Below are positions 1 through 9,479 of a stretch of DNA of 64,000 nucleotides, piece after piece. The translations under genes were made by a program, and so were the position numbers. The stretch lies in the IMG/VR virus record IMGVR_UViG_3300029305_000878, positions 3,469 through 67,468 of that record; one strand, 5' to 3'. Under the pieces are notes generated by a model. That model made no database searches. It was not told the DNA's origin and was given only the letters and a program-made list of their open reading frames with translations. Numbering within the stretch: position 1 is the first letter of the stretch; every line of letters starts with the position of its first letter. The stretch is from a virus. Taxonomy: Duplodnaviria; Caudoviricetes.

Positions 1-2
1 CC

Positions 3-1211
3 GAAGGTTCGCTGCAGAATACAACCGGCTCGAAAGCTAACCGTGTTAAGTTGGCATCCACCAAGAAAGGTATCGAAAACTTTCTAACAGGTTCGCTTTT
101 ACAGATACGTCCAATGACAATCGATAAGCTTCAGGGCTTGCGAGTCAAAGTCGCTACGATAGACGAATGGCTTTCTGGTGATATCAGAGAGGACGTTATC
201 GGTGCAATTGAACAAGGTGCGGCAAAAGAGCAAGGTTCTGCTGAAAACAATGACTATCTCATCGTAGCGATTAGTTCGGAAGGTACAGTTCGTAACGGAC
301 CTGGCGATACAATCAAAATGGAGTTGTTGGATATACTCAAAGGTGAGTATTTCAATCCGCATGTATCTATTTGGTGGTATAAGCTCGATTCCGTCGATGA
401 AGTTAAGGATCCAGAAATGTGGCCAAAAGCCAACCCTAATCTTGGTAAGACTGTTACCTATGAGACTTATCAGCTGGATGTGGAGAGAATGGAAAAAGCT
501 CCTGCATCTCAAAACGATATTTTAGCTAAACGTTTTGGTATCCCGAGGGAAGGCTATACGTATTACTTTACTTATGAAGAAACCTTAACACATAAGAAGC
601 GAGAGTATTGGGGAATGCCTTGCGCACTGGGAGCCGACCTTTCTCAAGGTGACGACTTCTGTGCATTTACATTTATGTTCCCTCTTAGAGATGGAGCATT
701 CGGCATTAAGACTCGAAATTACATAACGTCCACCACTATGGCTAAATTACCACCGGCTATGAGAACCAAGTATGAGGATTTCTTAGCGGAAGGTAGTTTG
801 ATAGTTCTTGACGGAACAGTTTTGGACATGATGGAAGTTTACGAGGATCTGGACAATCATATAGCGCAATGCGAGTATGATGTGCGATGCTTTGGTTTCG
901 ACCCTTATAATGCTAGAGAGTTCGTTGAAAGATGGGAATCCGAAAACGGTCCATTTGGGATCGAGAAAGTAATACAGGGTGCTAAAACCGAATCCGTTCC
1001 TCTGGGTGAGTTGAAGAAACTCTCAGAAGAGCGGCTTCTTTTATTTGACGAAAAACTTATGACCTTTGCCATGGGTAACTGTATCACGTTAGAAGATACC
1101 AATGGTAATAGGAAATTATGGAAGAAGCGTTATGATCAAAAGATCGACGCTGTGGCGGCAATGATGGACGCTTACGTCGCCTTTAAACTCAATAGAGAAG
1201 CGTTCGAATAA
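3..1211 (+). CDS. terL: Terminase large subunit (5' truncated by window start)
   Basis: Frame open from nt 3; ATPase motif DEWLSG; nuclease motifs LGADLSQGDDF, FGFDPYNA, KIDAVAAMMDA. Confidence 0.93.
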   Translation, partial: EGSLQNTTGSKANRVKLASTKKGIENFLTGSLLQIRPMTIDKLQGLRVKVATIDEWLSGDIREDVIGAIEQGAAKEQGSAENNDYLIVAISSEGTVRNGPGDTIKMELLDILKGEYFNPHVSIWWYKLDSVDEVKDPEMWPKANPNLGKTVTYETYQLDVERMEKAPASQNDILAKRFGIPREGYTYYFTYEETLTHKKREYWGMPCALGADLSQGDDFCAFTFMFPLRDGAFGIKTRNYITSTTMAKLPPAMRTKYEDFLAEGSLIVLDGTVLDMMEVYEDLDNHIAQCEYDVRCFGFDPYNAREFVERWESENGPFGIEKVIQGAKTESVPLGELKKLSEERLLLFDEKLMTFAMGNCITLEDTNGNRKLWKKRYDQKIDAVAAMMDAYVAFKLNREAFE

Positions 1212-1229
1212 GGAGGAACCAATCTTGAA

Positions 1230-3218
1230 ATGAGTGATAAAAATTATTTACAAGATCTATTCATAGACGAGGCCAAGCCTGCGCTGCAACGACACTCAGG
1301 TGGGGGTGGGTCAGTATCGAAAGTAATCAAACCGCTCACAATTGGGCAAAACGGCGTATATGATGCGACTCAGGGAATCAAAGACTTGAGATTCGGAGCT
1401 CTGAACCGCTTAAGAGACAAACTCGATATGAAAGGTATAGAAGCGGCTGCTAACGCGCATGAGGACCTTACATGGGGCGAGGATCTTTATTTCTATTCGT
1501 ATTACGGAGCCGTACCCCACAATACCCAATATCGAGAAGTCGATATATATACTATACGACTTGATAATGGAATTATGACCATTCGCGTTTACGACATGAT
1601 CTCACTTGACACGGAAGAAGTATTCCATGTATATACTTACATTCCTGCAGAAAATATTGAGGCGCTTGACGTTAAAGACGGTGATGGTTGGTATGAAGTC
1701 ATTTATGACGAGGAAGACACGGAAGTAGGATATGCCCGAGTCGACGCGCCACAAGTCATGCTTATTGAGACCCATGACACGGTTAGGTTTAAAGAAATAC
1801 TTGAGAATTTTATTATCGAGGAGCTACTTTCCCCGTGTGACGGCGCAAATCCCATTACCGTTGAAGTACCGGAACGCGAACTGGTGGACGTGCGCATCAC
1901 AATGAACGGTGAATATGACGCCATGTATTTCGGTCACTACGAAGATCGAAGTAACAAGGGTATAGAGTTTACGTTGAAAGAAAAAATCGATATGGATGCT
2001 TTATATCAGTATGCCATCGAAGCAGGCTATGCTAGCCCGGGTTGTATATTGTGTAGCGATGATACTTTGGGGGACAAGATCACTGTAGCCGATGCGGGGC
2101 ATTGGACCATCATTTGTACAAAAAGTCCGGACACTGACGAAGAACGAATATTTACCTACGTGTACGGCGATGAAATGATCGCTTTGACGAATGTGGAGAA
2201 TGGCGAAGGTTGGTATTTGACTCGCGATAATGGAGATGGCACTCGGACATTTATATTCTCCAATCCTCCAAAAATGGAAATAGACTATATAGAAGACGCC
2301 GGGTTCGCAAAATTCGTCGTCGAAGATCTTATCCGCGAGTATGGAATAGGTAAAGTCACGGTCGATGTTCCGAGAGCATATGACATAAAAAGTCTTATAC
2401 AAAGTAGGAAAAGTGATTTAAGTCATCTGTTTTACGGTTTCGGCGGCTACTCTATTCCCGACGAATATATGCAATACGATTGGACTAAAGATGCGTACAC
2501 TATTCGTGGGATGTTTGGGTGTTGTCACAACCTACGTTGGGTACCACTCTTTGACACCAGTAAAGTTACTAATATGGCTGATATGTTCTATATGTGCCAC
2601 AGTTTAACCGAAGTACCACTCTTTGACACGAGTAAAGTTATTAATATGTCTCATATGTTCGACGATTGCCCGGATTTAACCGAAGTACCACTCTTAAACA
2701 CCAGTAAAGTTACTAATATGTCTGCTATGTTCGATCGGTGTAGGTCATTAACCGAAGTACCACTCTTTGACACGAGTAAAGTTACTAATATGATAAGCAT
2801 GCTCTCAAGATGTGAGGCATTAGTTAACGTGCCGAGTTACGACCTGAGAAGTGCGACTACACTATCTGACATGTTCAGGAACTGTGTCGCGTTAACTGAG
2901 TGCCGAATAAAAAATATAGGAGCGAAACTTCAAGTCGGCTCTGGTAGTACCTACGGACATTTATTAACGGTTGAAAGTCTCGTCCATATGATAGGAGAAT
3001 TAAGAACGAAAACAAGCAGCACGACCTTTACAATTGGCACCACCAACCTTGAAAAGTTGGCAAATGTGTATGTCCGTACTATTGAAATTACGGATGAAAT
3101 GAGAGCGGAAGATGATTTGATCGACGAGAAGCTTCCTTTTGAAGTGTGCGAAAGTACTGACGAAGGGGCTACTTTAATTACCGACTACGTCGGATTTAAA
3201 AATTGGGAACTAGCATAA
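1230..3218 (+). CDS. BspA-like/DUF285-type LRR repeat protein with duplicated N-terminal module
   Basis: Repeats VPLFDTSKVTNMxxMFxxCxxLTE; N-terminal half has two related segments (ITxNGxYDA ... GxGWY). Confidence 0.75.
   Translation: MSDKNYLQDLFIDEAKPALQRHSGGGGSVSKVIKPLTIGQNGVYDATQGIKDLRFGALNRLRDKLDMKGIEAAANAHEDLTWGEDLYFYSYYGAVPHNTQYREVDIYTIRLDNGIMTIRVYDMISLDTEEVFHVYTYIPAENIEALDVKDGDGWYEVIYDEEDTEVGYARVDAPQVMLIETHDTVRFKEILENFIIEELLSPCDGANPITVEVPERELVDVRITMNGEYDAMYFGHYEDRSNKGIEFTLKEKIDMDALYQYAIEAGYASPGCILCSDDTLGDKITVADAGHWTIICTKSPDTDEERIFTYVYGDEMIALTNVENGEGWYLTRDNGDGTRTFIFSNPPKMEIDYIEDAGFAKFVVEDLIREYGIGKVTVDVPRAYDIKSLIQSRKSDLSHLFYGFGGYSIPDEYMQYDWTKDAYTIRGMFGCCHNLRWVPLFDTSKVTNMADMFYMCHSLTEVPLFDTSKVINMSHMFDDCPDLTEVPLLNTSKVTNMSAMFDRCRSLTEVPLFDTSKVTNMISMLSRCEALVNVPSYDLRSATTLSDMFRNCVALTECRIKNIGAKLQVGSGSTYGHLLTVESLVHMIGELRTKTSSTTFTIGTTNLEKLANVYVRTIEITDEMRAEDDLIDEKLPFEVCESTDEGATLITDYVGFKNWELA
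2541..2792 (+). repeat. 4 x 72-bp coding tandem repeat
   Basis: GTACCACTCT...AGTAAAGTTA(C/T)TAATATG units start at 2541, 2613, 2685, 2757. Confidence 0.95.
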
Positions 3219-3228
3219 GGAGGATATT

Positions 3229-3543
3229 ATGGCATATAGAGAAATTCCGGAATCTGCAATTGAAGTTCAAACCGGATTGTGGGCTAACTTTAGAACGGTT
3301 TCGCTCGGGAACATGACTATGACTAAGTGTGACTTATATTCATCGGAAGGATATTGTTTCTACATCCCGGACAACAACCTTGATGAAAATGGCAACTTAT
3401 TGCCCGAAAACGAAAGACTGTATTACCAGTACATGTCTTCGCCTTGCAGCACTGTAGAGCAGGTTAACGCGCGTTACGTCTCCGTCCCCGTGCAAGACGG
3501 CTACGAAATCGCAAACACCGGCAACAACCACGAAGTCGCATAA
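3229..3543 (+). CDS. Hypothetical protein (104 aa)
   Basis: AAGGAGG RBS; tightly linked to the BspA-like gene. Confidence 0.8.
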   Translation: MAYREIPESAIEVQTGLWANFRTVSLGNMTMTKCDLYSSEGYCFYIPDNNLDENGNLLPENERLYYQYMSSPCSTVEQVNARYVSVPVQDGYEIANTGNNHEVA

Positions 3544-3557
3544 GAAGGAATACTATT

Positions 3558-3908
3558 ATGGAGAACACCGAATTATACCATCACGGTATTAAAGGTATGC
3601 GCTGGGGCGTTAGACGAACCCGAGCTCAGTTAGCCCGGTTACGAGGCCCTAGTAAGAAAACTGAAAATTCTAAAGATTCCAATAATAAAGATACTAAAGA
3701 AAAGCTTAAACGTACCGCCAAGAAGGGTGCAAAAGCCGCAACCAAAGCGATTGGTAAGATCGGTAAAGTCTATCTTACGGACCAACTCTTCTTCGGTGGT
3801 GCCGGAACCAAAGCTGCAAAAACTACAATTAAATACACCGGCCGTGCTGCTGTGACAGCCTATACAATGGCTAGAGGCGGATACGACATCCGTTGGTATG
3901 ACAACTAA
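3558..3908 (+). CDS. Head-module protein with ELYHHGIKGMRWG N-terminal motif (DUF7211-like, recalled)
   Basis: N-terminal LYHHGIKGMRWGVRR; basic; lies between terL and portal. Confidence 0.7.
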   Translation: MENTELYHHGIKGMRWGVRRTRAQLARLRGPSKKTENSKDSNNKDTKEKLKRTAKKGAKAATKAIGKIGKVYLTDQLFFGGAGTKAAKTTIKYTGRAAVTAYTMARGGYDIRWYDN

Positions 3909-3928
3909 GAAGGAGGCCAAAATTCAAA

Positions 3929-5221
3929 ATGGGTTTACTTAGCAGAATTAAACGTGGCTGGAACGCCTTTCGAAACAATAGAGATCCGACGGCATATGAG
4001 TACCGCGATCTTGGTCAGAGCTATTATCGCCGCCCCGATAGGGTTCGGTTCTCGGGAGGTAACGAGCGTACAATCACGACCTCCATATACAACCGAATCG
4101 CTATGGATGCAGCTGATATAGACATCCGCCACGTTCGATTGGATAAAGAAGACCGCTTTAGTGATTATGTAAAGTCTGGCTTGGACAAATGTTTAACTGT
4201 TGAAGCTAACATCGACCAAACCGGCAGAGCATTTAGACATGATATGGTCGCTTCCATGCTTGATGAGGGCGTTATAGCGATTGTTCCGGTTGATACGGAT
4301 GACGATCCGACAGAGAGCGGTTCTTACACTATTGAAACGATGCGAGTAGGTAAGATAGTAGAGTGGTATCCAGCTCATGTCCGGATTCAATTATACAACG
4401 ACCAGATAGGTAGAAAAGAGTATGTGACTCTTCCTAAAGATTCGGTCGGGATCGTCGAGAATCCGCTGTATGCGGTCATAAACGAGCATAACTCAACAAT
4501 GCAGCGTCTTGTAAGAAAACTGTCTTTGTTGGACGGCATCGATGAAAAGAATTGTTCTGGCAAATTGGATTTGATCATTCAATTACCTTACATAATTAAG
4601 ACCGATGCTAGACGCCAACAGGCCGAAACGAGACTTAACGACATAGAAGACCAGTTAGCGAATTCTCGACATGGTATTGCTTATACGGACGGTACGGAGA
4701 AGATCACTCAGTTGAATCGTCCCGTTGAGAACAATCTACTTAAAGAGATCGAGTACCTCACCAATATGTTGTTCAGTCAACTCGGCTTAAGTCAAAGTAT
4801 CTTGGATGGGACGGCTGACGAAAAGACGATGCTTAACTATCATAACCGAACCATTAAACCAATTGTGTCGGCGATAGTTGATGAGCTTAAGCGTAAATTC
4901 CTTACTAAAACTGCTAGAGCGCAGGGTCAATCGATTATGTTCTTCAGAGATCACTTCGAACTTGCGTCTGTTGATAGTATGGCTGAAAGTGCGGATAAGC
5001 TTACCCGTAATGAAATCTTGTCGAAGAACGAAATCAGACAAGCTATGGGTTACAAGCCGTCTAGCGATCCTAAGGCCGATCAACTTATAAATAGTAATAT
5101 TAGTCATCCAGCGGAAGGTCCTAATAAAGCTGCGGCTAAAGTTCCGATTAAGCAGCCCGATGGATCTGGCGAAGGTGCAAAAGAAAATTTAAAGGAGGAA
5201 GTTCAAAATGGAGAAGTATGA
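3929..5221 (+). CDS. Portal protein
   Basis: 430 aa, position before protease/capsid, HK97-like portal C-terminal pattern (NEIRQAMGYKP). Confidence 0.9.
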   Translation: MGLLSRIKRGWNAFRNNRDPTAYEYRDLGQSYYRRPDRVRFSGGNERTITTSIYNRIAMDAADIDIRHVRLDKEDRFSDYVKSGLDKCLTVEANIDQTGRAFRHDMVASMLDEGVIAIVPVDTDDDPTESGSYTIETMRVGKIVEWYPAHVRIQLYNDQIGRKEYVTLPKDSVGIVENPLYAVINEHNSTMQRLVRKLSLLDGIDEKNCSGKLDLIIQLPYIIKTDARRQQAETRLNDIEDQLANSRHGIAYTDGTEKITQLNRPVENNLLKEIEYLTNMLFSQLGLSQSILDGTADEKTMLNYHNRTIKPIVSAIVDELKRKFLTKTARAQGQSIMFFRDHFELASVDSMAESADKLTRNEILSKNEIRQAMGYKPSSDPKADQLINSNISHPAEGPNKAAAKVPIKQPDGSGEGAKENLKEEVQNGEV

Positions 5222-7100
5222 TTTCTCAGGCTGGGCTACTCGTAACAACTTGAAGTGCTCTGATGGTCGCACCATCATGAAAGATGCGTTCAAGCATTGC
5301 GATGGACAGACAGTGCCCTTGGTCTGGAGTCATCAGCACAACAGACCCGAAGATGTTCTTGGGCACGCTTTGCTGGAAAACCGTGACGATGGCGTATATG
5401 CATATTGCTCGTTTAATGAAACCGAACAAGGTGAGCTTGCGAAGGTATTAGTTAAACATGGTGATATCAGAGCCTTGTCCATTTATGCAAATCAGCTCAA
5501 ACAAGACGCTTCAAAACGCGTAATGCATGGTTGCATTCGTGAGGTAAGTCTCGTTCACGCAGGTGCTAATCCTGGTGCATTCATCGAAAACGTAATGATT
5601 CATAGTGCAGACGGCGAATTTATTCGTGAAGTCGAAGATGAATTTGTTATGTATGCAGGTGAATCCATCGAATTGTATCACGCAGACGAGCAAAAAGAAA
5701 ACGAAAAAGAGGAAGCTAAAATGGCAGAGGAAACCAAAAAGCCCGAAGGTGAGGAAACTAAGAAGCCTGAAGGTGAAGAAACCAAGAAACCTGAAAGCGA
5801 GGAAACGATTGCTGATGTTATCGAAACGATGACTGAAAAGCAAAAAACCGCTATGTATGCCGTTATCGGACAGGCTCTGGAAGACGCGGCTGACGAAAAT
5901 AAAAACGATAATAAAGAATCCGAAGGAGGAAACGAAACCATGAAGCACAATGTATTTGAAAACGACGCGAAGAAAGAAGAGTTCGTACTGTCTCACGCAG
6001 ATAAGTCCGAAATCTTGGCGCTCGCTAAAGAACCCGGCGTAGCAAGTTTGCAATCGGCTATTAAGATGTATGCGGCAAACCACGAAAAGTTGCAGCACGC
6101 TTTCGATCAAACCGACGAAACGACCGCTAACTTGTTGTTCCCCGAACCTAAACTTGTTGACACCGGCGCACCTAAGATCATCAGAGATTACGAAAACAGC
6201 TGGGTTATGAAAGTAATCAACAAGATTACGAAGAGCCCCTTTGCTAAGATTCGTACCCGTAAAGCTGACGCTCGCGCGACCGAACTGAAAGCTAAAGGTT
6301 ACCAAAATAAGGGCGACAAGAAGGAAGTCATGAACAAGATTAAACTCTTGGGCAGAACGACCGATCCTCAGACGATTTACATCAAGTCCGAACTTCACAG
6401 AGATGACATCATCGACATTACGGACTTCGACATCGTCGGTTATCAGTGGAACATCATGAACGATCAGATGTACGAAACGCTCGCTCTTGCGGCACTTGTC
6501 GGCGACGGTCGTGAAGATAGCGATCCCGATAAGATCCACGAAAATCACGTTCGTTCCATCTGGCACGATGAAGAACTTTACACGATGCACGTTGACGTAG
6601 ACATCGACGCTGCTAAGAAGGAACTTCAAGGTACCAACACGTCCGCTAACTTCGGCGAAAACTATATCTACGCTGAAGCTATCATCACGGCAGCTTTGTA
6701 TTCCCGTGAAAAGTTCAAAGGTTCCGGTCAACCCGATCTTTACTGCACGCCTCACCTCGTAAACGTTATGCTTCTCGCTCGTGACTTGAACGGCAGACGC
6801 ATCTACGATTCCAAGGCAGACCTTGCTAAAGCGCTCAACGTAAGAGAAATCGTTGAAATCGAATGCTTGGAAGGTATGACGAGAACGACCGACGACGGCG
6901 ACGTTAAGAAACTTCTCGGTATCTTCGTAAACCTTGCAGACTATCAATTCGGTTCCGTAAAGGGCGGTCAAATCACGAGATTCGACGACTTCGATATCGA
7001 CTTCAACAAATACAAGTATTTGATGGAAACCAGACTTTCCGGTACGTTGACGGAAATCCAATCGGCTATCGCGCTCGAAATGCCTGTAGTTGGTGAATAA
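5208..7100 (+). CDS. Prohead protease - scaffold - major capsid protein fusion
   Basis: N-terminal HK97-type protease (VPLVWSHQH, ALSIYAN, EVSLVHAGANPGA), charged linker, C-terminal capsid domain. Confidence 0.9.
   Translation: MEKYDFSGWATRNNLKCSDGRTIMKDAFKHCDGQTVPLVWSHQHNRPEDVLGHALLENRDDGVYAYCSFNETEQGELAKVLVKHGDIRALSIYANQLKQDASKRVMHGCIREVSLVHAGANPGAFIENVMIHSADGEFIREVEDEFVMYAGESIELYHADEQKENEKEEAKMAEETKKPEGEETKKPEGEETKKPESEETIADVIETMTEKQKTAMYAVIGQALEDAADENKNDNKESEGGNETMKHNVFENDAKKEEFVLSHADKSEILALAKEPGVASLQSAIKMYAANHEKLQHAFDQTDETTANLLFPEPKLVDTGAPKIIRDYENSWVMKVINKITKSPFAKIRTRKADARATELKAKGYQNKGDKKEVMNKIKLLGRTTDPQTIYIKSELHRDDIIDITDFDIVGYQWNIMNDQMYETLALAALVGDGREDSDPDKIHENHVRSIWHDEELYTMHVDVDIDAAKKELQGTNTSANFGENYIYAEAIITAALYSREKFKGSGQPDLYCTPHLVNVMLLARDLNGRRIYDSKADLAKALNVREIVEIECLEGMTRTTDDGDVKKLLGIFVNLADYQFGSVKGGQITRFDDFDIDFNKYKYLMETRLSGTLTEIQSAIALEMPVVGE
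5727..5807 (+). repeat. 3.3 x 24-bp repeat encoding EETKKPEG in the scaffold linker
   Basis: Units start at 5727, 5751, 5775, 5799. Confidence 0.9.
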
Positions 7101-7120
7101 TTCAAAATGGAGTGAATGTT

Positions 7121-7444
7121 ATGGCTAAATTTTACGGGTTGATCGGTTATGCTGAAACGGTTGAAACAAGACCTGGGGTATGGATTGATCGAATTATAGA
7201 ACGAAATTCTTATGGTGACGTCATTCGAGATACGAGTAGATGGTCTACTTCTCCTGACAGCACGAATGATGATTTGACCATCAATAATCAAATAAGCATT
7301 ATAGCCGATCCGTATGCAGTCAATAACTTTCACTCTATGAAGTATGTCGAGTATATGGGCACTAGATGGAAGATTACAAGTGTTGAAGTCAAGCGCCCTA
7401 GACTAATACTGAGTGTAGGAGGGGTTTATACGGATGGGCAGTAG
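7121..7444 (+). CDS. Head closure / head-tail joining protein
   Basis: About 107 aa directly after the capsid gene; ends GTRWKITSVEVKRPRLIL, typical of head-closure proteins. Confidence 0.7.
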   Translation: MAKFYGLIGYAETVETRPGVWIDRIIERNSYGDVIRDTSRWSTSPDSTNDDLTINNQISIIADPYAVNNFHSMKYVEYMGTRWKITSVEVKRPRLILSVGGVYTDGQ

Positions 7445-7742
7445 ACTAGAACTACATGAGGAGCTTTGCGCTATCCTCGGAACGAATAAGGCGTATTTCA
7501 ACCCCCCTGCATCAGTAAAGATGCAATATCCTTGTATTCGATATTCTAAAGGCGGAATCGATCACCGCCGAGCGAATGATGGTATCTATAAGAATACTAA
7601 TCGATATGAGGTAACTGTGATAGATCAAGATCCAGACAGCGATATTCATGAGCGGCTACTGGCTCACTTTCAAATGTGCAGCTTTGACCGCTCATATATT
7701 GCCGATAATCTCTATCACTTCACTCTAACAATCTATTATTAA
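7434..7742 (+). CDS. Tail completion / terminator protein
   Basis: Position before major tail gene; YPCIRY...YEVTVIDQDPDS pattern. Confidence 0.65.
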   Translation: MGSRLELHEELCAILGTNKAYFNPPASVKMQYPCIRYSKGGIDHRRANDGIYKNTNRYEVTVIDQDPDSDIHERLLAHFQMCSFDRSYIADNLYHFTLTIYY

Positions 7743-7762
7743 AATTAAAGGAGATTTAAATT

Positions 7763-8413
7763 ATGGCAGTACTTGAATGGGATAAGACTGGCGAACGTTT
7801 GTATGAAACTGGTGTTAAAAAGTGCGTATTGTACGTCCAGGGCGATAACGGCTACGACAAAGGTGTAGCATGGAATGGTGTTACGGCTATTACGGAAAGT
7901 CCTTCCGGCGCAGAAGCAACCCCTCTCTATGCGGATGATATCAAATATTTGAACTTGATGTCCGCTGAAGAATTCGGCGCATCGATCGAAGCTTACATGT
8001 ACCCCGACGAATTCAAAGCATGTAACGGCGAAGCTGAACTTACCGCTGGTGTGGTAATCGGTCAGCAGTCTCGTAAGACCTTTGGTCTTTGCTACAGAAC
8101 GACCGTGGGTAACGATGTGGAATCCAACGACCATGGCTACAAGCTTCACTTGGTATATGGTTGCTTGGCTGCTCCTTCCGAAAGAGCGTACGCTACGATC
8201 AACGATAGCCCTGAAGCTATTACTTTCTCGTGGGAAGTTACGACCACGCCTGTTAACGTAACCGGCGCTAAACCCACCGCAATCGTAACGATCGATTCGA
8301 CGAAGTGCGATGCGGCAAAACTTGCAGCTCTCGAAGCTATCTTGTACGGCAGCGAAAGCGAAGAAGCTCGTCTTCCTTTGCCTGACGAAATCAAGACTGT
8401 GATGGCAGCGTAA
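7763..8413 (+). CDS. Major tail protein
   Basis: LEWDKTGERLYETGV...LYADDIKY...ITFSWEVTTTP; phi13-like major tail pattern and position. Confidence 0.88.
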   Translation: MAVLEWDKTGERLYETGVKKCVLYVQGDNGYDKGVAWNGVTAITESPSGAEATPLYADDIKYLNLMSAEEFGASIEAYMYPDEFKACNGEAELTAGVVIGQQSRKTFGLCYRTTVGNDVESNDHGYKLHLVYGCLAAPSERAYATINDSPEAITFSWEVTTTPVNVTGAKPTAIVTIDSTKCDAAKLAALEAILYGSESEEARLPLPDEIKTVMAA

Positions 8414-8435
8414 TCTAATTAAATAAACTAAAATC

Positions 8436-8465
8436 GGGGTCGTATTCAGTACGGCTGGCGACCCC
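8436..8465 (+). terminator. Stem-loop after major tail gene
   Basis: GGGGTCG-N16-CGACCCC; long loop and no U-tract immediately after, so it may instead be a stabilising or processing hairpin. Confidence 0.45.
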
Positions 8466-8500
8466 ACAAAAATTTTTTAAAAGTAAAGGAGAAAAAAATT

Positions 8501-8902
8501 ATGTTAAAGAAAACTATTAAATTCACGGACTACAATGGCAACGAAAGAAGCGAAGATTTCTACTTCAACCTCACCAAAGCTGAAGTAATGGAAATGGAAA
8601 TGAGCACGGCTGGCGGTCTCGCTGAAATGATTCAGAAAGTCGTTAACGCTCAGGACACGGTTGCTATTATTAAGATCTTCAAAGATCTCATCCTTAAAGC
8701 GTATGGTGAAAAGAGCGCTGACGGTAAGCGTTTCATTAAGTCGGAAACGTTGTCTACCGAATTCTCTCAAACTGAAGCATATTCCGTTCTGTTCATGGAA
8801 CTTGCTACCGACGCGAAAGCAGCTGCTGCATTCGTAAACGGCATTGTTCCCGCTGATATGAATCCGGCGAACGCTAAGGCAAACCATCCCGCGAACAAAT
8901 AA
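8501..8902 (+). CDS. Tail assembly chaperone
   Basis: MLKKTIKFTDYNG...EDFYFNLTKAE; position after major tail gene. Confidence 0.75.
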   Translation: MLKKTIKFTDYNGNERSEDFYFNLTKAEVMEMEMSTAGGLAEMIQKVVNAQDTVAIIKIFKDLILKAYGEKSADGKRFIKSETLSTEFSQTEAYSVLFMELATDAKAAAAFVNGIVPADMNPANAKANHPANK

Positions 8903-8929
8903 AATCGAAAACAATAGGAGGTGCGAGTG

Positions 8930-9472
8930 ATGCTCCGGATTACAATACCTGCCATAGAATTATTTGACGAGCGAACCAATGAATTCGTTAGTCGAGAGGA
9001 GCAGACGTTGGAACTGGAACATTCACTCGTCTCTCTTTGGGAATGGGAATCAAAATGGCGTAAGGCATTCCTCGGCAAAGCCGAAAAGACTAACGAGGAA
9101 GTTAGAGATTACGTTAGATGTATGACACTTACGCCAAATGTTGACCCGGAGACATACAACTATATTCCAGAATCTATCTGGAAACAGATTGACGACTATA
9201 TTCAACAACCGATGACAGCTACGACTTTTAGTGATGATAAAAACTCTAAAAGGAATAGACAGGTCATCACAGCGGAAGTTATATATTCGTGGATGTTCTC
9301 GTTACAAATACCTATTGAGTGTCAGAATTGGCATTTAAATAGATTGCTTACTCAGATTAGAGCGTGCAGTGTTATGAACCAAACGCCTAAGAAGATGAGT
9401 AAAAGCGATATTACTAAACAGAATGCGGCTTTAAATGCTGCTCGTAGACAAAGACTAAACTCGAAAGGATGA
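8930..9472 (+). CDS. Second tail assembly chaperone-like protein
   Basis: Own AGGAGG RBS; LEHSLVSLWEWESKW...WHLNRLLTQIR. Confidence 0.65.
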   Translation: MLRITIPAIELFDERTNEFVSREEQTLELEHSLVSLWEWESKWRKAFLGKAEKTNEEVRDYVRCMTLTPNVDPETYNYIPESIWKQIDDYIQQPMTATTFSDDKNSKRNRQVITAEVIYSWMFSLQIPIECQNWHLNRLLTQIRACSVMNQTPKKMSKSDITKQNAALNAARRQRLNSKG

Positions 9473-9479
9473 TGGCTTT

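Noticed and set aside
2541-2792. Repeat-spacer pattern resembling a mini CRISPR array
   Set aside because: The period is exactly 24 codons, in frame within a BspA-like gene; variable parts share ATGTTC and Cys codons; no cas1/cas2
5511-7061. 516-aa antisense ORF over the capsid gene
   Set aside because: Shadow of strong codon bias in a highly expressed gene; no RBS, no motifs, fully overlaps a real gene
8880-8932. Programmed -1 frameshift between tail chaperones
   Set aside because: No XXXYYYZ slippery heptamer seen near the first stop; the second gene has its own AGGAGG RBS
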